A stretch of 35,937 nt of DNA from a virus (IMGVR_UViG_3300032303_002215:1-35937); one strand, 5' to 3'; shown: positions 8,852 through 17,803, numbered from the stretch's first letter. Notes: generated by a model not told the origin, from the letters alone. Made by a program: numbers and translations.

Positions 8852-9188
8852 TAAGTTCTACCCAGGTTACTTCAAGGATGTTGTCCACTATGTTTCCGTA
8901 GTAGGTCTCACCGCGCTCATCACATAGGGAGAGATATCTTTCATCATCAATAAATCCGCAATAGCCTGTTGTGACAACCCCAGACTCAGCCAATCTAAAT
9001 GCAGCCCCTAGAGAGTCAACAGAGCCGTCTCTCTGTAGGGACGATGCCAAAGCTCGTCTTACAATTTCATTTTCTAGGTCAATATGACCATGCGTGAAAA
9101 ATATAATAGAAGAGGGCCTGGCGGGAATAAATCCCTCACCAGACCACTCAATCCAAAGGCTTTCGCCAGCTCTAGAATATTTTACCAT
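8844..9188 (-). CDS. Hypothetical protein
   Basis: 114-aa ORF overlapping the whiB start and co-oriented, with AAGG upstream. Confidence 0.75.
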   Translation of the reverse strand: MVKYSRAGESLWIEWSGEGFIPARPSSIIFFTHGHIDLENEIVRRALASSLQRDGSVDSLGAAFRLAESGVVTTGYCGFIDDERYLSLCDERGETYYGNIVDNILEVTWVELSE

Positions 9189-9191
9189 TAC

Positions 9192-9228
9192 GACCTTATG
9201 CGTTCAAGGTCTATTTTATCATAAAATA
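9192..9228 (-). promoter_or_regulatory. Extended -10 promoter inside a 17-bp palindrome plus RBS-occluding hairpin
   Basis: Minus strand TGA-TAAAAT lies within TATTTTAT-C-ATAAAATA (9212-9228). GACCTT-8nt-AAGGTC (9192-9211) covers the SD. Confidence 0.45.
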
Positions 9229-9240
9229 TTTAAAATTTGG

Positions 9241-9462
9241 CTATTTATCTAATTCACCTATGTTTACAAGCTTTACGTAAAAAACTCCGTGATATAGGAA
9301 GTCTGTGCTATCAGACTCTTCTACATTAGCTTCAATATTAAATTTTGAAAGATCGACTAAATCTTCAGTGTTGTATAAATTTGAAATAGCAATTTGTACT
9401 TTTTTAATAAGATCACTCATGCTATTTGCAGTGTAAGAGAGCGTTAACGTTCCTCTAAGCAT
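9241..9462 (-). CDS. Hypothetical protein
   Basis: 73 aa, TAATG-coupled to the upstream gene. Confidence 0.7.
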   Translation of the reverse strand: MLRGTLTLSYTANSMSDLIKKVQIAISNLYNTEDLVDLSKFNIEANVEESDSTDFLYHGVFYVKLVNIGELDK

Positions 9463-9884
9463 TATCGAACTCTTTTCTGTAGACTTTCGGGGCGGTAGTG
9501 GACACCGTCAAGGAAGGGGTCTTTCTCATCAGTAGATTTAAAGATGATGTCTCCTGAACGAATTGCGGCAACAATCCCTCGACGTCCATTGTGAATTTGG
9601 CCAGTGCTGTCTGAGAAAGCATCGTGACGAACACGAACAATATCTCCCACATTGAGTTGACCTCTTTGAGAATCGACCCATACTTCTTCTGTATTAATTA
9701 CTACAAGAGAGTGGCCTAATCCTACTTGGCTAAAAATATCCAAAATTTGTTTAGACTGCTCTTCGGGAACATCAATCTCTTCCCATGTCTTGAGAAGAGC
9801 TAGTACAGCTTTTCCAGTGCCGACTCGTACTTTTGCATCGGCAAACTGTTGCTTAACCCACTCATAATTAATTTTTCTTACCAT
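9462..9884 (-). CDS. Hypothetical protein with SH3/KOW-like C-terminal beta domain
   Basis: Coupled at both ends. Contains LNVGDIVRV...HNGRRGIV. Confidence 0.75.
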   Translation of the reverse strand: MVRKINYEWVKQQFADAKVRVGTGKAVLALLKTWEEIDVPEEQSKQILDIFSQVGLGHSLVVINTEEVWVDSQRGQLNVGDIVRVRHDAFSDSTGQIHNGRRGIVAAIRSGDIIFKSTDEKDPFLDGVHYRPESLQKRVR

Positions 9885-10909
9885 TAGTTTCCTTCTTTCT
9901 TGGAGAGATTTAGCAAATTCTCCAGAGAGTTTAGTGCTTCTTGTTTTTCAGGAATACTGTTTAGGTATTCAAGTTTTTGGCTAATAGAGAGCTTCAGACG
10001 CTGCTCAGGGGGCATAGCTTCGATTGTGGGAGCCAAATAAGACCATGCTGGCCCAATTAGTGATGTAGTAATCCAGTCCGTATATACGGGCGTAGAGGCG
10101 TTTAGAGCCTGTATGTAGCGATATGTCCACCAAGTTTTATCGCCTTTTACAACCGAAACAAGTGCACATGCAGACTTAGAAATTTGATCAAAAACATGCA
10201 CATCATTATTCCCCTTGGACCAACGGAGAGGGGATATTGGAAGCGAAAGCATTGAAATAAGCTTCTTAGTTTCCCGGTGTTTGAGGTCGTCAGCGCACCA
10301 CTTTTCCGACTTTTCAACAAATAAAAGGTCGTTAGAAATTAAGTGTGAATCTAAATTTACACCGACAAGGCTGTCTCCAATAATGGACGGAAGACTGCTT
10401 TTCACATGCTCTTGCGACGTCCAGGGGAGGCTTGGGTATATAGTAGTAGGCCACTGCTCATCGTTTAAACGACTAATTGCTGATCGAAGTCTGTCTTGCA
10501 TAGCTTGGTTTGTCACAACGTGCTCAAAACCTTTTCTATACGAGTAGAAGCTTTTTACTAAATTTTTAGGGTTAGTTTGGAGTGCTTTAATGCTTACAGG
10601 AATTTGGTTAGTTCCTGGAGCATCAATAAATAGTTTAAGTTTTGGATCTTTCCACAACATATCAATAATACGAAGAGCACCATAAACTCGATTAGAAGCA
10701 AGACTTGTGAGAGGGCCAACTCCTACAAGTACGCAATCATACTCCTCTAGGTGGTGGTCAAAGATTTCAAAAGTTGGGTCTTCCCAAGTAACTTCGTGTC
10801 CTGCTTCAGTAAGAACTTTATCGAGAACTCCAGCGAAACTTAATGTACGCGAGTTATTACGACGTGACGCTTGAGGGGCAGTCATCCCTGTCAAAAAAAT
10901 TTTAGCCAT
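9884..10909 (-). CDS. Putative GT-B fold glycosyltransferase (T4 BGT-like)
   Basis: KIFLTG...L.EAGHEV...YDCVLVG N-terminal Rossmann pattern and C-terminal WWTYRYIQAL.A.TPV. The ORF is certain, the function is inferred. Confidence 0.5.
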   Translation of the reverse strand: MAKIFLTGMTAPQASRRNNSRTLSFAGVLDKVLTEAGHEVTWEDPTFEIFDHHLEEYDCVLVGVGPLTSLASNRVYGALRIIDMLWKDPKLKLFIDAPGTNQIPVSIKALQTNPKNLVKSFYSYRKGFEHVVTNQAMQDRLRSAISRLNDEQWPTTIYPSLPWTSQEHVKSSLPSIIGDSLVGVNLDSHLISNDLLFVEKSEKWCADDLKHRETKKLISMLSLPISPLRWSKGNNDVHVFDQISKSACALVSVVKGDKTWWTYRYIQALNASTPVYTDWITTSLIGPAWSYLAPTIEAMPPEQRLKLSISQKLEYLNSIPEKQEALNSLENLLNLSKKEGN

Positions 10910-10928
10910 GTTGTCTTTTCTGTGTGTG

Positions 10929-10956
10929 GGGGGTGCCGTCCAAAGACGACACCCCC
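10929..10956. terminator. GC-rich hairpin, likely intrinsic terminator/attenuator after SSB
   Basis: GGGGGTGCCGTC-CAAA-GACGACACCCCC forms a 12-bp stem, fully paired with one G-U on the minus strand. A T-run follows only on the plus strand. Confidence 0.6.
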
Positions 10957-10967
10957 ATTTTTCCGTA

Positions 10968-11546
10968 TTAGAACGGAGCTACTGCAGGGGCAGCAACTGG
11001 TGCAGGCGCAGCCACGGGAGGTGCAAATGCAGGTGCTGGTGCGGGCGCAGGAGCAGGTACAAATGCAGGAGCAGGTGCTGCCACAAATGCTTCCGCAACA
11101 GGTGCAGCAGCTACAGGGGCAGCAGTTACACCTGGAGTGGTGACGTAATAGCGGTTGATCTTGTTCTTACGGCTACCCTGGTAAACTTCCGAAGCAATCT
11201 GAGCACGAAAGGTTCGACCCTGGAGGGTTGCCTCAATCTGAGCGTTGCTGGGGTTGTTGGTCGTGAAGAACTCACGAGGGATGCCCAGGGCTACCATCTT
11301 TGAAAAGAAGATAGCAAGAGCATTCTTGTTTTCAGGTGAGATGGTGATGTTGTCCCAAATGAGACGGTTGGCGTGGGGTCCAGACTGAACCTGTGCCTTG
11401 ACTGCGAACATGGTCTTGCCAGTGCTCGTGGTCTTTGCGGGTGCCTCAACAATCTTGAGGTCGTAGTCGCCGTCAGGAAGCGGCTCGTAGCTACCGGAAC
11501 TTTCGCCGGCATCTTTGACCAAATCGGCCCAATTGAGTGAACTCAT
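10968..11546 (-). CDS. Single-stranded DNA-binding protein, DUF669-like
   Basis: YEPLPDGDY...TSTGK.M......V..GPHANR.IWDN. Follows the Sak4-like gene and has a flexible tail ending APF. Confidence 0.85.
   Translation of the reverse strand: MSSLNWADLVKDAGESSGSYEPLPDGDYDLKIVEAPAKTTSTGKTMFAVKAQVQSGPHANRLIWDNITISPENKNALAIFFSKMVALGIPREFFTTNNPSNAQIEATLQGRTFRAQIASEVYQGSRKNKINRYYVTTPGVTAAPVAAAPVAEAFVAAPAPAFVPAPAPAPAPAFAPPVAAPAPVAAPAVAPF
10975..11135 (-). repeat. Low-complexity Ala/Pro-coding repeat (SSB tail)
   Basis: Encodes AAPVAAAPVAEAFVAAPAPAFVPAPAPAPAPAFAPPVAAPAPV. Confidence 0.85.
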
Positions 11547-11580
11547 GTTTTTTGTTTCCTTAATCTAGAGGTGGTGAAGT

Positions 11581-12339
11581 CTAGGACTTCAGTGTTTCGG
11601 TACGTGTACCGAAGATCATGTCAAGCATACGCTCAATTCCAAGGTTTTCTTGCTCAACAATCGAGCCAAGTCTTCCTTGAACGCGCTCCCCGGCCTCAAC
11701 TTCTTCAGTACGCTCTACGTACATCCGGCGTGCCTTGTAGGGCAAACCAGTTGGGTCAGGGTTTTGGAAAGTCTCGATAGCAATGTATCCAAGAACATCG
11801 TAAAAGTATGGTGCCTGAACTGCAAGTTGTCCCTGCAGATATGGGTGCATACGATTATCCTGTCCTCGACGTGCCATTGCCGTCAAGACCACAGCCTCAA
11901 GAGGCTGCGTGGGGTGCATTGTGAGGTCGCGAAGGTCGCGAAGAAGCGCACCCATGTGGCGAAGAAGTTCGCCCCACTGCTGCATCTTCATTTGTTCCGT
12001 ACCTGCAATGTTGTCCATGCACTTGACCTGGAGCTCCGAGATGGAGTCAATAATCAAGGACTTGAACTGGTGCTTGCCGCTCTGAAGCCATTGAAATGCC
12101 TTCATAACAACGTCATAGTCACGAACCTGGACTACAACTGTGTCCCACGTACCGTCCGCCATTGGCGGCTCCTCACGCATGGGGTCCCAATACTTAACGT
12201 TGATTGGAAGGAAGCGGTGGCCACCCTCCACATCAAGCATGAGACGAGGATATGGTGCCGTGACAGCGAAAGACGATTTACCGACTTTCGACTCGCCATA
12301 AACCATAAGAGTTAATGATCGCTGTACTTCAGACATCAC
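11581..12339 (-). CDS. Sak4-like AAA_24 ATPase (ssDNA annealing recombinase)
   Basis: VYGESKVGKS (Walker A), LDVEGG and IIDSISE (Walker B). Lies between the exonuclease and SSB. Confidence 0.88.
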   Translation of the reverse strand: MMSEVQRSLTLMVYGESKVGKSSFAVTAPYPRLMLDVEGGHRFLPINVKYWDPMREEPPMADGTWDTVVVQVRDYDVVMKAFQWLQSGKHQFKSLIIDSISELQVKCMDNIAGTEQMKMQQWGELLRHMGALLRDLRDLTMHPTQPLEAVVLTAMARRGQDNRMHPYLQGQLAVQAPYFYDVLGYIAIETFQNPDPTGLPYKARRMYVERTEEVEAGERVQGRLGSIVEQENLGIERMLDMIFGTRTETLKS

Positions 12340-13298
12340 TCACTTCCCTTCTTCTCTTCATCTTTTCCATAGTAACCGTACGGGTCAGAAACCTCGTACA
12401 TCTCACTGATTGCTGCTTCGGCGGCGCTTCCGTCGTCGATTAGTGGGCAAATTGTGTAGAACTGACACTTCCACTTACAATCCTTGGTAGGACGTGGATA
12501 AGCCACAAAGTTTGGGTCAGCCCCCTCATCAAGTGCCTTTTTGACACCAATGAGATCACTAATTGCTCCATGAATACGTTGCCAAAAAGCTCGCATTGTA
12601 AACACGTTGTGTCGTACCTCAATCTGCTCGTAGAAAGGTGGACGTGCGTTAGCCGTACGCTTTACTTTCTTGAGCAGCGTGAAGATACCACCTTCGGAAC
12701 GTTCGCTCGGATCTGTATTCTGAGCATGTTCCAAAAGCATGTAGGTAAGGATTTGCTCGTTCATCTGAGCCTGACTTCCAAAGTCAGAGAACGACCCACC
12801 TACGGTCTTGAAGTCGCGGAACATACGAACGCCATCATTCTTACGACGAACTCGCATATCCAGCTTTCCCTGAAGAATTACTTCACCATTGAATAATGGC
12901 ATTGAAATAATTTCTTCGTTGGAGATCTTATCAAGATTAGAGTCGATACCCTCTTCGTCCATCCACTGGAGGTAACCCTCCAGCATGATACGACCAAGTT
13001 CGGCTTCTGCCTCAAGTGCAGAGGTGTCACGGAATTCAGCAACAAGCGTGTCCATGTCCTTATTCACAAGAGCTGTGTGCGCATCGAGCAAGTCGATGAC
13101 ACCGTCCGAAGAGTAGTATTGATCCAAAGCCTCATGGATACGTGAACCAAGAGCAAGTGCTCCCGTGTAGTCCTTCTTCTTTGGCATGAGACGTCGGTAG
13201 TAGTTAAGCCACCACTTACGTCGACAATCCTTGAACACCTGAATCTCCGAGTTGGAGAGGGTGTACGGCATTCCACCGTTTGTTATTAGTTCAGTCAT
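12336..13298 (-). CDS. PD-(D/E)xK Cas4/RecB-like exonuclease
   Basis: SNSEI..FKDCRRKW, G...H.AL, GKLD...DFKT and Q...Y. One N-terminal Cys plus C-terminal CKWKCQFYTIC (Fe-S staple pattern). Confidence 0.9.
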   Translation of the reverse strand: MTELITNGGMPYTLSNSEIQVFKDCRRKWWLNYYRRLMPKKKDYTGALALGSRIHEALDQYYSSDGVIDLLDAHTALVNKDMDTLVAEFRDTSALEAEAELGRIMLEGYLQWMDEEGIDSNLDKISNEEIISMPLFNGEVILQGKLDMRVRRKNDGVRMFRDFKTVGGSFSDFGSQAQMNEQILTYMLLEHAQNTDPSERSEGGIFTLLKKVKRTANARPPFYEQIEVRHNVFTMRAFWQRIHGAISDLIGVKKALDEGADPNFVAYPRPTKDCKWKCQFYTICPLIDDGSAAEAAISEMYEVSDPYGYYGKDEEKKGSE

Positions 13299-13300
13299 GT

Positions 13301-15112
13301 CTAGAGCTTACCAGCCTTATCGTCTTTTAGCAACTCCAGAAGTTTGTCCTTGTCACGAACAATCTGCTCAAAGTTGTCTGCTTTTGTTTCCAGAACTTGA
13401 AGAACTCGTTCCTCAATAGTTCCTTCTGTTACGTAGTCCATGATAACAACAGAATCATGAATCTCTGAACCAATTCGGTGAATACGGTCCAAAGCTTGTT
13501 TGTGATCAACTAGTGACCAAGGACGCTGAAGCATAATCAGACGTCGTGCAGCTGTAAGTGTAACACCGACACCACCAGCCTGCACAGTAAAAAGAATCCA
13601 TTTAATCTTTCCAGACTGGAAGTCGTCAATGGCATGAGTTCGCTCATCTTCAGTTTGAGCACCCGTGATAAGACCGTGAGCAATGCCTTCCTTAGTCATA
13701 CGAGCACTCAGTAGCTCAATGAGCTGACGAGAGACTGCAGCAACCGCGACCGAATCGTCCCCAAAGTCGCCTTCTTTAATGTCATCCATGACTGCATCGA
13801 CCTTGCACGACGGCTCAGCAAGAATAATTTTTTGCTCGAGTGTCGTTTCGTCAGTCACCATTTCAGCAAAAGAGCTAGCAAACTGGTGGAGACGAGTTGT
13901 CTGAGTAAGGACGCTAGGCGCTACGACAGTCTCTCCGACTCCCTCAAGCTCTGCAATCATGTGCTCACGCATGTCTTTATAGGCTTTTGCCTGCTTTACA
14001 GACATCTCAACGTCACGACGTTCAAACATCATTTCAGGAAGCCAAGGAAGCACACGCTGCTTGAGCATACGGCGCATACGAGGATTGATTGCAGCATGGA
14101 ATTCTTGCTCCATAGAAGGTTTAACACCAAGGACCATCATTCCACCAAAAGCGTTCAGCATGGTGTCGACCATACGGTCAATCCAACGAGTCTTGCTGGG
14201 CCACTCATCTGGAGAGAGCCAGTGGAGAATTGACCACATATCAAGAACGTTGTTTGCAACAGGAGTTCCAGTAAGAGCAAAACGAATCTCTGCGTTGCCA
14301 GAAGCAGCCCAAAGCGCACGAGTCTGCTTAGACTTAGGTTCCTTAGAACGGTGCATCTCATCAGCAATCACTGACTGGAAGTCAATGACATTGAGCTCGC
14401 GCTGGTGAACTTCGCAACGGACTTCAGAGACACGATCATCGTGGCCACCGCAAGCGCTACAACGAGCAAGTGCAACAGAGCCATAAGGAGCAAGGCGCGA
14501 GTGTGAACGAAGAGACTCCCAGTTAATTACATAGATATCTGCTTCTTCTGCAAACTGCTTACGCCGCTGAGTCGCAGTTCCCTTGATAACCTGAACTTTT
14601 ACTTCAGGCCACCACTTAGTGAACTCACGCTCCCAGTTCTTCTTAAGAGTGTTAGGGCAAACAATGAGAGCAGGGAATGGTTCAGTGCCATCTTCTTGGA
14701 GCTTTTTAAGTGCACGAATAGCCTGAGCAGTTTTACCAAGACCAGGCTCGTCAGCAAGCAGCGCACGCTTAGCCGTAGCAAGAAATTTCACACCAGCACG
14801 CTGGTGGGGGAACAAGTCGTCGTCACCCTCTCCATCGGGGAGAACTTCAATGTCACGAAGCGCATTACTCGGATCAACACGAGTATCACGCTCATGCGTA
14901 GCCCAAGCAGTCAAGTTAGAGCCAAGTGCAAGGTCGTCTTTAAATGTAGAGCGGAGGGCAAGACAAGCTGACCAAGACACTGGCAATCTCCATTGCTGTA
15001 CTTTGTTATCATAGCTTGCGCCAGGAATACTCTTACAGAGCTCCTTGTACCGCCAATCGGCGGTAATATAAATGTACTTACCGGACTCGTCCAGCTCTAC
15101 ACCAACGGGCAT
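13301..15112 (-). CDS. SNF2-family helicase
   Basis: LLADEPGLGKT, DEMH, LTGTP, GGVGVTLT and QALDRIHRIG. Confidence 0.95.
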   Translation of the reverse strand: MPVGVELDESGKYIYITADWRYKELCKSIPGASYDNKVQQWRLPVSWSACLALRSTFKDDLALGSNLTAWATHERDTRVDPSNALRDIEVLPDGEGDDDLFPHQRAGVKFLATAKRALLADEPGLGKTAQAIRALKKLQEDGTEPFPALIVCPNTLKKNWEREFTKWWPEVKVQVIKGTATQRRKQFAEEADIYVINWESLRSHSRLAPYGSVALARCSACGGHDDRVSEVRCEVHQRELNVIDFQSVIADEMHRSKEPKSKQTRALWAASGNAEIRFALTGTPVANNVLDMWSILHWLSPDEWPSKTRWIDRMVDTMLNAFGGMMVLGVKPSMEQEFHAAINPRMRRMLKQRVLPWLPEMMFERRDVEMSVKQAKAYKDMREHMIAELEGVGETVVAPSVLTQTTRLHQFASSFAEMVTDETTLEQKIILAEPSCKVDAVMDDIKEGDFGDDSVAVAAVSRQLIELLSARMTKEGIAHGLITGAQTEDERTHAIDDFQSGKIKWILFTVQAGGVGVTLTAARRLIMLQRPWSLVDHKQALDRIHRIGSEIHDSVVIMDYVTEGTIEERVLQVLETKADNFEQIVRDKDKLLELLKDDKAGKL

Positions 15113-15138
15113 TTAGTTTCCTTTTGTCTCTACGTATA

Positions 15139-15149
15139 ATACTATCACA
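15139..15149 (-). promoter_or_regulatory. Putative extended -10 promoter for helicase-recombination operon
   Basis: TGTGA-TAGTAT, sharing TGTGATA with the polA promoter. No clear -35. Confidence 0.45.
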
Positions 15150-15186
15150 TTCTAGGAAAATTTATTTCCAAAAGTGGATAGTATTT

Positions 15187-15642
15187 TTAATTTAGTAATC
15201 TAGTTGGAACCCAACCAGTTTTGACTAATCTTAGCAGACCATGACGTATCGCGTCAAGTGCATGTCCTGCACCCCCTCGATGCCAGTACTCTAGCTTCTT
15301 TAATTTTTCGTTGGTAAACATTGCCATTGCATCCGCTGGCTGTTGATACATAAGTAGTTCTGGGTCTCGACCTTCATCTAACATAAGAGTTTTGAGAGAT
15401 CCAATAACCTCAAGGCTGTACGGAGCCTGAGCCTTCTTTGCTGTCTGAGCATTGATAGTAAACTTTTCGCAAATAACTTCGAGGCTATCTCCATAAAGTT
15501 CAAACATCTTTCTAGCTTCAAAAACAAAGCCGGAGAACTCTACTTCACCACTCCATTCAAGGATTGGCTCAAATCCAGGTTCAAGTGAAAAAAGCGCAAG
15601 TCCGGTCATTTTCCCAGGGTCAACTGCAAGTATATGTCTCAT
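15187..15642 (-). CDS. RuvC-like Holliday junction resolvase
   Basis: ILAVDPGKMTG, ICEKF and HALDAIRH. Confidence 0.85.
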   Translation of the reverse strand: MRHILAVDPGKMTGLALFSLEPGFEPILEWSGEVEFSGFVFEARKMFELYGDSLEVICEKFTINAQTAKKAQAPYSLEVIGSLKTLMLDEGRDPELLMYQQPADAMAMFTNEKLKKLEYWHRGGAGHALDAIRHGLLRLVKTGWVPTRLLN

Positions 15643-15962
15643 GTCCAGATTACCTTCTTTACTCTTTTTCGTTTAAGTTGACCCTCACATTTTTTGCAGG
15701 GTTTTGAGTCGGCAGGAGTCCCGTCTTTATGAACACGTGCAACATATACTATTGCACCGTATGCCTTACTTCCAGCTGAAAGGAGCGCCGCAATCTCGGC
15801 GTGCATGTGAGACTTTCTCCAACTCCCAGTAGTCTGGTCGGAAACAAGTCTATTGACGGCTTCTCCAACAACTCGCCCATTGAGTACAATCACGCAACCA
15901 TGTCGATAGCGACAACGACTAGTGTCAGCTAGCCTAATTGCTTTTTTCATGTGCTTACTCAT
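15639..15962 (-). CDS. Zn-dependent cytidine/dCMP deaminase-fold protein
   Basis: HGCVIV, HAE and SKPCKKC. Confidence 0.85.
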   Translation of the reverse strand: MSKHMKKAIRLADTSRCRYRHGCVIVLNGRVVGEAVNRLVSDQTTGSWRKSHMHAEIAALLSAGSKAYGAIVYVARVHKDGTPADSKPCKKCEGQLKRKRVKKVIWT

Positions 15963-17776
15963 TAATACTTCTCTCCCCAGTTTTCAAGAGGTCCGTCAAC
16001 ATCTGCAGTAAGGGGAACAGACCAACCTTCTGTAGTTGTCATACACTGCCGAACAAGTTCTTTCATTTCTTCAGCGTGCTCACGGGGGGCATTGAGGACA
16101 ATTTCGTCATGCACAGGGACAATGAGATATTCGGTTAGATCTGCTTGATCTAACTTAACCAAGTTAGCCTTAAATACCTCAGCAGCACCACCCTGAATAA
16201 GATAGTTGACCAGCGTATACACGCGGTCATTGTCACAGGGAAGTCGACGTCCAGTCCACGTATTCACATAGCCCTCACCTTCAGCACGGAGTCGTCGCAT
16301 ACCAACGTCTTCAACTTGCTTTTGAAACGAGGTCATTCCAGGGAATCGAATATCAAAAGCATCTGACACAGCACGCATTTGATCTTCAGGAACACCAGCG
16401 GTAAGAGCTTGCTTAGCAACACCTGCGCCATACAAACGTCCATAGACAACACCCTTGATAAGTCCACGGCGCTTATCCGACTTCTGCATCGTTGGGTCCC
16501 CATAAATTTCACGACCAATTTCGGTGAATGGGTCCGACCCGGTTGCATCAGCAAGGTTGAAAAGGCTAATTAGGTTGGGATCCTGTGAGAGTGAAGCAAA
16601 CATACGGAACTCAACTTGGTCAAGGTCAGATGTGATGATTACATGGTCGTCGTCTTTAGGCAAGAACGCACGGCGGACTGTGCTGTCACCTTTGGGAAGA
16701 GTCTGAAGAGCAGGCGCTGTGATGGACATGCGACCAGTACGAGCTCCAAGTGTTTTTACAGATGGATGTACAAACCCATTGACATTATCAGTCAAAAAGT
16801 TTTTAAAGTAGGTATTGGCAAGTTTATCTGCTTTACGTTGCTTAAGCACAACGTCAGCCAACTGCTGAATCTCAGGAGTTCCGTTAATCATAAGAGCTTT
16901 TATTTGGTCAGCAGATGCTGATTTCTGTCCTGAAGGAGTAAACTCAGTAATTTCAGCGCCAAGTCCTTCAAGAATTTTAACCAGTTGGATGTTGCTAGTG
17001 ATCGACGCACCGTAAGTATCTTTTCCCCACTGCTTTACGCGCTCGGTGTATTCAACCAGCTCGTCATACTTCTTCTGAGAGTAGTCAAGGTCAATACGAG
17101 CGCCATTAAGCTCCATACGAGTGACAATCTTACGAGTAGCCATTTCAAGTTCATAGGCTTGACTATAAGGCTTTCCAGGACCACACTTTTCCCAAAACTG
17201 GTCAAAGAGCCGCATAGTAAGGATTGTATCTAAAGCACCATATGCCCAATAAGGCTCAAAGTTGGTGGGAACAGTTCCCCACGTCCAGCCATTCTTTGTG
17301 AGCTCTTCGTCAAGAACGCTCTGCAATTGAGCGGCGCGGGGGTCAATGTATTGCGAAGTAAGGCGCTTCAAGGCACCAGAGCCCAGAGGATCAATGATCT
17401 GCGCCATAATCATTGTGTCGTGCGCACGGTGCCAGGGCATATCCCAGCGTGACTGTACGTCAAACCAGCGAGCCTCAAATGCAATGTTGTGACAGACAAT
17501 CGGCCCATCAAACTTACTCATTGCTTCATAAAAAACACCGGCCCATTCGTCCCAGGGGATAGACCAGCCGGTCATTCCATCGCCCACCTGTACCAGGCGG
17601 AGACGCCCATGCCACGGAGACAGGGCGTCGTTACGCGGTCGTCCCGGCAATTCTCCAGTTTCAGTATCAATTGCAATAGCATCGTGTGGCCGACGTTCTC
17701 CAAGCCACGAAATAAACTTTTCTGCTTCTTGAACGCTGTTAACAAAGTTTAACTGTACGCCGTCAAGATTTGTCAT
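15962..17776 (-). CDS. polA: DNA polymerase family A with 3'-5' exonuclease
   Basis: Exonuclease motifs DTET, HNIAFE and Y...D. Polymerase motifs TGRMS, DLDQVEFR (A), K..VYG..YG (B) and VHDE (C). Confidence 0.96.
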   Translation of the reverse strand: MTNLDGVQLNFVNSVQEAEKFISWLGERRPHDAIAIDTETGELPGRPRNDALSPWHGRLRLVQVGDGMTGWSIPWDEWAGVFYEAMSKFDGPIVCHNIAFEARWFDVQSRWDMPWHRAHDTMIMAQIIDPLGSGALKRLTSQYIDPRAAQLQSVLDEELTKNGWTWGTVPTNFEPYWAYGALDTILTMRLFDQFWEKCGPGKPYSQAYELEMATRKIVTRMELNGARIDLDYSQKKYDELVEYTERVKQWGKDTYGASITSNIQLVKILEGLGAEITEFTPSGQKSASADQIKALMINGTPEIQQLADVVLKQRKADKLANTYFKNFLTDNVNGFVHPSVKTLGARTGRMSITAPALQTLPKGDSTVRRAFLPKDDDHVIITSDLDQVEFRMFASLSQDPNLISLFNLADATGSDPFTEIGREIYGDPTMQKSDKRRGLIKGVVYGRLYGAGVAKQALTAGVPEDQMRAVSDAFDIRFPGMTSFQKQVEDVGMRRLRAEGEGYVNTWTGRRLPCDNDRVYTLVNYLIQGGAAEVFKANLVKLDQADLTEYLIVPVHDEIVLNAPREHAEEMKELVRQCMTTTEGWSVPLTADVDGPLENWGEKY

Positions 17777-17803
17777 TTTTGTCCTTTTTGTCTTTGTGTG
17801 TTT

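Noticed and set aside
10975-11135. Short GCAGGTGC-like repeats as a possible CRISPR array or iterons
   Set aside because: In-frame coding low-complexity sequence with no constant repeat-spacer structure.
10871-11303. Gln-rich and Cys/Arg-rich plus-strand ORFs
   Set aside because: Artefacts of reading the SSB Ala/Pro repeat on the opposite strand.
11650-12315. 221-aa plus-strand ORF and other antisense ORFs across helicase, polA, TMP and tail genes
   Set aside because: Typical shadow frames opposite well-supported genes.
12336-13298. Cas4-like gene as evidence of CRISPR-Cas
   Set aside because: Stand-alone nuclease in the standard exonuclease-Sak4-SSB phage module. No array or other cas genes.
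1-17776. Inteins, introns or stop-codon recoding in replication genes
   Set aside because: PolA, helicase and primase read through at expected lengths in the standard code, with no intein termini or homing endonuclease motifs.
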